This document shows positions 58,257-64,000 of a stretch of DNA of 64,000 nucleotides, one piece after another. This stretch comes from Pseudomonadota bacterium. GTDB taxonomy: Bacteria > Pseudomonadota > Alphaproteobacteria > Acetobacterales > Acetobacteraceae. How positions within the stretch are numbered: position 1 is the first letter of the stretch; each line of letters opens with the position of its first letter. The stretch covers positions 84,361-148,360 of the forward strand of contig JAJZVV010000006.1 of assembly GCA_021845595.1 (NCBI GenBank). The letters run 5' to 3'. The notes below the pieces were generated by a model that searched no databases, was not told the origin of the DNA, and saw nothing but the letters and a program-made list of their open reading frames with translations. The position numbers and the translations under genes are program-made.

Positions 58257-59682
58257 CGGCGTCGTGCTCACCACCGGCTGCGACAAGACCACGCCCGCCT
58301 GCCTGATGGGCGCGGCAACGGTGAACATTCCCGCCATCGTGCTCTCCGGCGGGCCGATGCTGGATGGATGGTGGAAGGGCAGGCTCTCCGGCTCCGGCAC
58401 CATCGTCTGGGAGGGCCGCAAGCTCTATGCCGAGGGCAAGATCGGCTACGACGAGTTCATGGACATGGCCGCCTCCTCCGCGCCCTCGGCCGGCCACTGC
58501 AACACCATGGGCACGGCGACCTCGATGAACAGCCTGGCCGAGGCGCTCGGCATGTCGCTGCCCGGGTGCGCCGCCATTCCCGCGCCCTATCGCGAGCGCG
58601 GCCAGATGGCCTACGAGACCGGGCGGCGCATCGTCGCCATGGTGCACGAGAATCTGCTGCCCTCGGACATCATGACCAAAGCCGCGTTCGAGAACGTCGT
58701 CGCCGCCGCCGCCGCACTCGGCGCCTCGTCGAACTGCCCGATCCACATGATCGCCATCGCGCGCCACATGGGCGTCGAGCACACGCTCGAGGACTGGCAG
58801 CGCATCGGGCCGGAGATTCCGCTGCTGGTCGATTGCCAGCCCGCCGGGCGGTTCCTCGGCGAGGCGTTCCATCGCGCCGGCGGCGTGCCGGCGGTGATGA
58901 AGGAGCTGCTGCAGGCGGGCCGGATCGACGGCGCGGCGATGACCGTCACCGGGCGGAGCATGGCGGAGAATCTCGCCGCCGTGCCGACGCCCGACCGCGA
59001 GGTGATCCGCGCCTACGAGGCGCCGCTGAAGGCCGCCGCCGGCTACGTCGTCATGACCGGCAATCTGTTCGAGAGCGCGGTGATGAAAATGAGCGTCATC
59101 GACGAGGCGTTCCGCCGCCGCTTCCTCTCGGATCCGGCGCATCCGAACGTGTTCGAGGGCAAGGTCGCGGTGTTCGAGGGGCCGGAGGATTATCACGCCC
59201 GCATCGAGGATCCTACGCTCGGCATCGACGAGCACACCGTGCTGGTGGTGCGCAACTGCGGCCCGGTCGGCTATCCCGGCAGCGCCGAAGTGGTGAACAT
59301 GCAGCCGCCGGCAGCGCTTTTGAAGCGTGGCATCGACGCGCTGCCGACCATGGGCGACGGACGGCAATCCGGCACCTCGGCCAGCCCCTCGATCCTCAAC
59401 GTCACGCCGGAGGCCGCCGTCGGCGGCGGGCTGGCGCTGCTGAAGAGCGGCGACCGCATCCGCATCGACCTCACCAACCGCAAGGTGGACGTGCTGCTGG
59501 CGGAGGGTGAACTCGCCGCCCGCCGCGCCGCCTGGCGTGCTCCGGCGCTGAAGCACCAGACGCCGTGGGAGGAAATCTACCGCTCCATGGTCGGCCAGCT
59601 CGGCACCGGCGCCTGTCTGGAGCCGGCGACGATGTATCTCAACATCATCGAGACGCGCGGCGAAGCGCGCAACAACCACTGA
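57883..59682 (+). CDS. IlvD/Edd-family sugar-acid dehydratase (D-xylonate/L-arabinonate dehydratase-like)
   Basis: 599 aa. The blocks [77 protein letters not shown] and [12 protein letters not shown], and the C-terminal ...RNNH, agree closely with my recollection of Caulobacter XylD. Confidence 0.88.
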   Translation: [599 protein letters not shown]

Positions 59683-59692
59683 GGGGGCGGCG

Positions 59693-60442
59693 ATGAGCGC
59701 GCGTCTCGCCGGCAAGAAGGCGTTCGTCACCGCCGCGGCGCAGGGCATCGGCCGGGCCATCGCCGAAGCCCTCGCCGCCGCCGGCGCGGAGGTGGTGGCG
59801 ACCGATGTCAACGAGGACAAGCTCGGCGCGATCGCCGCGCCGCGCATCCGCACCATGCGGCTCGATGCGCTGCACGCGGCGGACATTTTCTATGTCGCGG
59901 ATTCCGTAGGCCCCATCGACATCCTCGCCAACTGCGCCGGATTCGTCCACCAGGGCAGCGTGCTGGAGGCGAGCGAGGAGGAGTGGGATTTCGCCTTCGA
60001 CCTCAATGTGCGCTCGCAGTTCCGCACCATCCGCGCCTTCCTGCCCGGCATGCTGGCGAAGGGCAGCGGCGCCATCGTCAACATCGCCTCGGTCGCCTCC
60101 AGCGTGAAGGGCGTGCCGAACCGCTTCGTCTACGCCACCACCAAGGCCGCGGTGATCGGATTGACCAAGTCCGTGGCTGCGGATTTCGTCGGCAAGGGGA
60201 TCCGCTGCAACTGCATCTGCCCCGGCACCGTCGCCTCGCCGAGCCTGGAGGAGCGCATCGCCGCCAACGCCGCCGCCGCCGGCTCGCTCGAGGCCGCGCG
60301 CGCCGCCTTCGTCGATCGCCAGCCGATGGGCCGGCTCGGCCGGCCGGAGGAGATCGCCGCCCTCGCCGTCTATCTCGCCAGCGACGAGAGCGCCTTCGTC
60401 ACCGGTCAGGCGATGGTCATCGATGGCGGCTTCACTTTGTGA
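59693..60442 (+). CDS. SDR-family oxidoreductase (candidate 2-keto-3-deoxy-sugar-acid 4-dehydrogenase)
   Basis: The cofactor motif VTAAAQGIGRA, NIASVAS, and the catalytic YATTKAAV (YxxxK) are present. Confidence 0.85.
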   Translation: MSARLAGKKAFVTAAAQGIGRAIAEALAAAGAEVVATDVNEDKLGAIAAPRIRTMRLDALHAADIFYVADSVGPIDILANCAGFVHQGSVLEASEEEWDFAFDLNVRSQFRTIRAFLPGMLAKGSGAIVNIASVASSVKGVPNRFVYATTKAAVIGLTKSVAADFVGKGIRCNCICPGTVASPSLEERIAANAAAAGSLEAARAAFVDRQPMGRLGRPEEIAALAVYLASDESAFVTGQAMVIDGGFTL

Positions 60443-60461
60443 TCCGAGGAAGAGGGAAATC

Positions 60462-61307
60462 ATGAAACTTCTGCGTGTCGGTCCGTCCGGGGCCGAGAAG
60501 CCGGCCATGCTCGACGCCGACGGGGGCTTGCGCGATCTCTCCGGCGTGATCACCGATATCGACGGCGACACGCTCTCGCCGGACGGGCTCGATCAGTTGC
60601 GCGGGCTGGACCCCAAGCGTCTGCCGCGCGTCGCCGGCAATCCGCGCATCGGCCCGTGCGTGGTGCGGCCGCTGAACTATGTCTGCATCGGCCTCAACTA
60701 CGCCGACCACGCCGCCGAGACCGGCTCGCCGATCCCCAAGGAGCCGATCATCTTCCTCAAATCCCTCGGCGCCTTCTGCGGTCCCTTCGACGCGGTGAAA
60801 ATTCCCCGCGGCTCGAAGAAGACCGACTGGGAAGTGGAGCTCGGCGTCGTCATCGGCACCCGCGCCAGCTACGTCACCGAAGCGGAGGCGATGACCCACG
60901 TCGCCGGCTACTGCGTCTGCAATGATGTCAGCGAGCGGGAATACCAGCTCGAGCGCGGCGGCACCTGGGACAAGGGCAAAAGCTGCGACACGTTCGGCCC
61001 CACCGGCCCGTGGATGGTGACGCGCGACGAGATCGCCGATCCGCAGAACCTCGCCATGTGGCTCGATGTCGACGGCGTGCGGATGCAGAACGGCAGCACG
61101 AAGACGATGATTTTTGGCGTCGCCAAGCTGGTTTCCTACGTCAGCCACTTCATCACGCTGCATCCTGGCGACGTGATCTCCACCGGCACGCCGCCGGGGG
61201 TGGGCATGGGCAAGAAGCCGGAGCCGGTGTTCCTCCGGGCCGGGCAGACCATGCGGCTCGGCATCGCCGGGCTCGGCGAGCAGGAGCAGGCACTCGTCGC
61301 CGCGTGA
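60462..61307 (+). CDS. Fumarylacetoacetate hydrolase (FAH)-family protein
   Basis: CIGLNYADHAAE, the metal-ligand block DWEVELGVVIG, CNDVSERE and GDVISTGTPPGVG are present. ATG 60462 is preceded by GAGGAAGAGGG. Confidence 0.88.
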   Translation: MKLLRVGPSGAEKPAMLDADGGLRDLSGVITDIDGDTLSPDGLDQLRGLDPKRLPRVAGNPRIGPCVVRPLNYVCIGLNYADHAAETGSPIPKEPIIFLKSLGAFCGPFDAVKIPRGSKKTDWEVELGVVIGTRASYVTEAEAMTHVAGYCVCNDVSEREYQLERGGTWDKGKSCDTFGPTGPWMVTRDEIADPQNLAMWLDVDGVRMQNGSTKTMIFGVAKLVSYVSHFITLHPGDVISTGTPPGVGMGKKPEPVFLRAGQTMRLGIAGLGEQEQALVAA

Positions 61308-61362
61308 CCGGCCGGCGCCCGAGCCGCGGGCGCTGCTGCTCCTGATCCTGGGGACCGCGCTG

Positions 61363-62769
61363 GTGCGGCTGGCGCTGGCCGCGGTTCTCGGGCTCGGGGT
61401 GGACGAGAGCTACATGGTGGCGGCCGGACGGTCGCTGCACTGGGCCTATTTCGACCACCCGCCGCTGGCGTGGTGGCTCGGCTGGGGTGCCGCGCATCTG
61501 TTCGGCACCGAGGCGGCGCTGGCGGTGCGGGCGCCGTTCATCGCCCTGTTCGCGCTCTCGACCTGGCTGATGGCGCGGCTCGGCGGCGCGCTGTTCGGCC
61601 CGCGCGCGGGGGTGTGGGCGGCGGTGGGGCTCAATCTGGCGCCGGTCTTCGGCGTCACCGCGGGCTCGTGGGTGCTGCCGGACGGGCCGCTGATCGCCGC
61701 CCTGCTCGGCGCCGCGCTGTGCCTGGTGCGCGCGGTCGAAGGCGGGCGCTGGGCAGCCTGGCTTGGCGCCGGGGCGTTGCTCGGGCTGGCGCTGGCGGCG
61801 AAATATACCGCCGTGCTGACCGCGTTCGGCGCGGTCGCCTTTCTCGCCACCAGCGCCCGGCACCGGGTCTGGCTGGCACGGCCGCAGCCCTACCTCGCCG
61901 CCTTGGTCGCGGCGCTGGTGTTCAGCCCGGTGCTGATCTGGAACGCGCGCCACGGCTGGGCCTCGATCGCCTTCCAGGGTGGGCGCGCGGCCGGCGGCGC
62001 GTTCCATCCGCTGGTTCCGTTCGCCGTGCTGGCCGGGGAGGCATTGTTTCTGCTGCCCTGGATCTGGGCCGGGCTGATCGGCGTCCTGATCGCGGCGCTG
62101 CGGCGCGGGCCGGCGGAGTGGCGCGGCTGGGTGTGCGCGATGCTGGCACTGCCGCCGATCCTGCTCTTTGCCGCCGTCGCCCTCTGGTCGCGCCAGCGGG
62201 TGCTGTTCCACTGGGCGGCGCCGGGCTACCTGTTCCTGTTCCCCCTGCTCGGCCAATTTGCCGCCGCCCGCGCGGCGGCGGCGCGGCGGTGGGCGGCGGG
62301 CACGGCCGTGGTCCTCGCCCTGCTGCTGGCCGCGCTGGGCAGCGACGCGCGATGGAACTGGCTCGCCGTTCTGCGCCCCGGCGCCGATCCGCTGGTCGAG
62401 GCGGTGGACTGGGACAGCGTCCGCACCGACCTCGCCGCCCGCGCCCTGCTCGCCCCCGACGGGCCGGTGATCGCGGCGCTGCGCTGGCAGGACGCCGGCA
62501 AGCTCGCCTACGCGCTCGGGCCCGGCGTGCGCGTCGTCTGTCTCGGCCCCGATCCGCGCCAGTTCGGTGCCGACCAGGCGCTGGGCACGCTGGCCGGGCG
62601 CACGCTGCTGATCGTCGCGCCCCGGTTCGATCTCGCCCGGCTGCGCCAGGCGCTGGGCGGACGCTTCGCCGCCCTGACGCCCCTACCGCCCGCCCCGCTC
62701 CGCCACGGCGGGGACACGGTTCTCGACATACCGCTGTTCCTCGGCACGGAGTTTCGCCCGCCCGGCTGA
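61363..62769 (+). CDS. ArnT/PMT-like (GT39/GT83-type) membrane glycosyltransferase
   Basis: It is polytopic, with the N-terminal loop motif GLGVDESYMVAAGR (DExY) and AKYT. The listed GTG start removes a plausible first TM helix (ALLLLILGTALVRLALAA) that is in frame upstream but has no ATG/GTG/TTG start codon. Confidence 0.72.
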   Translation: MRLALAAVLGLGVDESYMVAAGRSLHWAYFDHPPLAWWLGWGAAHLFGTEAALAVRAPFIALFALSTWLMARLGGALFGPRAGVWAAVGLNLAPVFGVTAGSWVLPDGPLIAALLGAALCLVRAVEGGRWAAWLGAGALLGLALAAKYTAVLTAFGAVAFLATSARHRVWLARPQPYLAALVAALVFSPVLIWNARHGWASIAFQGGRAAGGAFHPLVPFAVLAGEALFLLPWIWAGLIGVLIAALRRGPAEWRGWVCAMLALPPILLFAAVALWSRQRVLFHWAAPGYLFLFPLLGQFAAARAAAARRWAAGTAVVLALLLAALGSDARWNWLAVLRPGADPLVEAVDWDSVRTDLAARALLAPDGPVIAALRWQDAGKLAYALGPGVRVVCLGPDPRQFGADQALGTLAGRTLLIVAPRFDLARLRQALGGRFAALTPLPPAPLRHGGDTVLDIPLFLGTEFRPPG

Positions 62770-64000
62770 GCCCGCCGGCTCCGGCGCCGCGCCCATCTGG
62801 GGCAGCACCAGCCGGAACACCGCGCCGCCCTCGGGATGGGTCTGCGCGCTGACGTGCCCGCCATGCATCGCCGCCGCCTCGGCGACGATGGCCAAACCCA
62901 GCCCGGCCGCGCCGCCGCCGACCGCGCCGCGCACGAACGGCTTGAACAGCAGCTCGCGCATCGTCGGATCGATCCCCGGGCCGTGGTCGCGCACCTCGAC
63001 GACGATGCCCGGCCCGATCCGCACCGCCACCTCCGAGCCCGCCGGGGTGAAGCGGACGGCGTTTTCCACCAGATTGCAGATCGCCCGCTCCACCACCTCG
63101 CCATTGCCGCGCAGCGTCAGCGACCTCCCCTCCGGCACGTCGAGCACGATGTCCTTGCCCGCCGCCAGCACCAGCGGCGCGATCCGGGCGATGCAGTCGC
63201 GCGCGAGGGCGACGACATTGACCATGTCGTCGAGCGGCAGCTGCCTGGCCTCGAAGCGCGCCATGGTCAGCAACTGATCGACGGTGCGCCCCAGCCGGTC
63301 GATGTCGCTCAGCAGCGCCGGCGCCGCCGCCGGTTCGACGCTGCTCTCGACGCGCGCGCGCAGCACGGCGAGCGGCGTGCGCAATTCATGGGCGGCGCTG
63401 GCGGTGAAACGCTGCTGCTGGCGCAGCGCCTCGCCGAGCCGGGCCAGGGCCGCGTTTGCTGCCGCCACCACGGGCAGAATCTCCTGCGGCACGGTGGCGG
63501 TGCGGATGCGCGTCTCGCCGCCGTCGACCCCGATCGCGCGCGCCTCGGCCGAGACCGCGTGCAGCGGCCGGAGCACCCGGCGCACGGTGAGCCAGGTGAT
63601 CGCCAGCGTCGCGATCAGCATCGGCACGAAGGTCGGCAGGGTTTCGTCCATCAGTTCGTGGCGCGCCCAGATCAGCACGTCGAACAGCGGGTTGTCGCCC
63701 TTGACCACGGTCACCCGCATCGTGCCCAGCTTGGTCTTGACGGTGCGGAAGGCGGCGTAGCGCCAGCGGCCGCGCGGCGAGAGGAAGGCGAACTCGCCGT
63801 CCAGCGGTTCGGTCGCGGCGTTGATCGACGGCACCTCGAACCCGTCCGCGCCGGCGATCTGGCGGTTGGTGGCCAGATCGGTGACGACCACGCCCCGATC
63901 GGCGAACCGGGCGACGCGCCGCTCGAGGTCCGGTGTCAGGCGGAGCATCAGCTGGCCATGCGCACCGGCGGTGACGCTCGCGCCGATCTCTTCGGCGAGC
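62683..64000 (-). CDS. Sensor histidine kinase; 5' end probably beyond the window
   Basis: It has a TM+HAMP-like region, the H-box FTASAAHELRTPLAVL, the N-box NLVENAVRFT and G-boxes DHGPGI/GLGLAIV. The frame remains open upstream of ATG 63948 to position 64000. The C-terminal tail overlaps the convergent GT39 gene by 87 nt. Confidence 0.85.
   Translation of the reverse strand, partial: LAEEIGASVTAGAHGQLMLRLTPDLERRVARFADRGVVVTDLATNRQIAGADGFEVPSINAATEPLDGEFAFLSPRGRWRYAAFRTVKTKLGTMRVTVVKGDNPLFDVLIWARHELMDETLPTFVPMLIATLAITWLTVRRVLRPLHAVSAEARAIGVDGGETRIRTATVPQEILPVVAAANAALARLGEALRQQQRFTASAAHELRTPLAVLRARVESSVEPAAAPALLSDIDRLGRTVDQLLTMARFEARQLPLDDMVNVVALARDCIARIAPLVLAAGKDIVLDVPEGRSLTLRGNGEVVERAICNLVENAVRFTPAGSEVAVRIGPGIVVEVRDHGPGIDPTMRELLFKPFVRGAVGGGAAGLGLAIVAEAAAMHGGHVSAQTHPEGGAVFRLVLPQMGAAPEPAGSAGRAKLRAEEQRYVENRVPAVAERGGR

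Overview
High-GC (about 70% by eye) chromosomal segment of an alphaproteobacterium. The lineage call rests on a permuted two-piece tmRNA, an alpha-type SspB, DUF1489 and typical housekeeping synteny. I call about 60 CDS, 2 tRNAs (Gln-UUG, Leu-GAG) and ssrA. Many long ORFs in the track are Arg/Pro/Gly-rich antisense or out-of-frame shadows and were rejected. Most genes are housekeeping: ndk, galE, cysD, ispE, asd, ftsK, lipB, maeB, galU, a phosphohexomutase, ligA, recN, bamD, kdsA, pyrG, secG, gloB, thyX, gluQ, apbC and hflKC.

The standout is a translationally coupled six-gene cluster at 36989-44201, in hyfB-C-E-F-G-I order. It looks like a group 4 membrane-bound [NiFe]-hydrogenase / formate hydrogenlyase core. 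However, its HycE/NuoCD-like catalytic subunit has substitutions at all four Ni-Fe cysteine ligand positions. The NuoI/HycF-type ferredoxin subunit, hyp maturation genes and fdh genes are absent from the window. Both antiporter-like subunits appear to lack canonical charged residues. This fits an Ehr-type (energy-converting hydrogenase-related) complex of unknown function.

Other points worth a second look:
- Three compositionally atypical, lower-GC single-gene islets: a Cys-free acidic beta-roll-like repeat protein; a Lys-rich protein with a possible His/Cys clan-CD-like dyad, bounded by REP-like direct repeats; and a Lys-rich helical protein.
- An RHH + coiled-coil two-gene module with a perfect palindromic operator candidate.
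- Several unusual intergenic tandem or palindromic repeat arrays.
- An orphan cysD coupled to ispE.
- A dehydratase-SDR-FAH pentonate cluster with a TetR-like ORF that has no timely stop codon.

No CRISPR array, rRNA, transposase, integrase or prophage genes were seen. All coordinates and motif alignments were done by eye and need computational confirmation.
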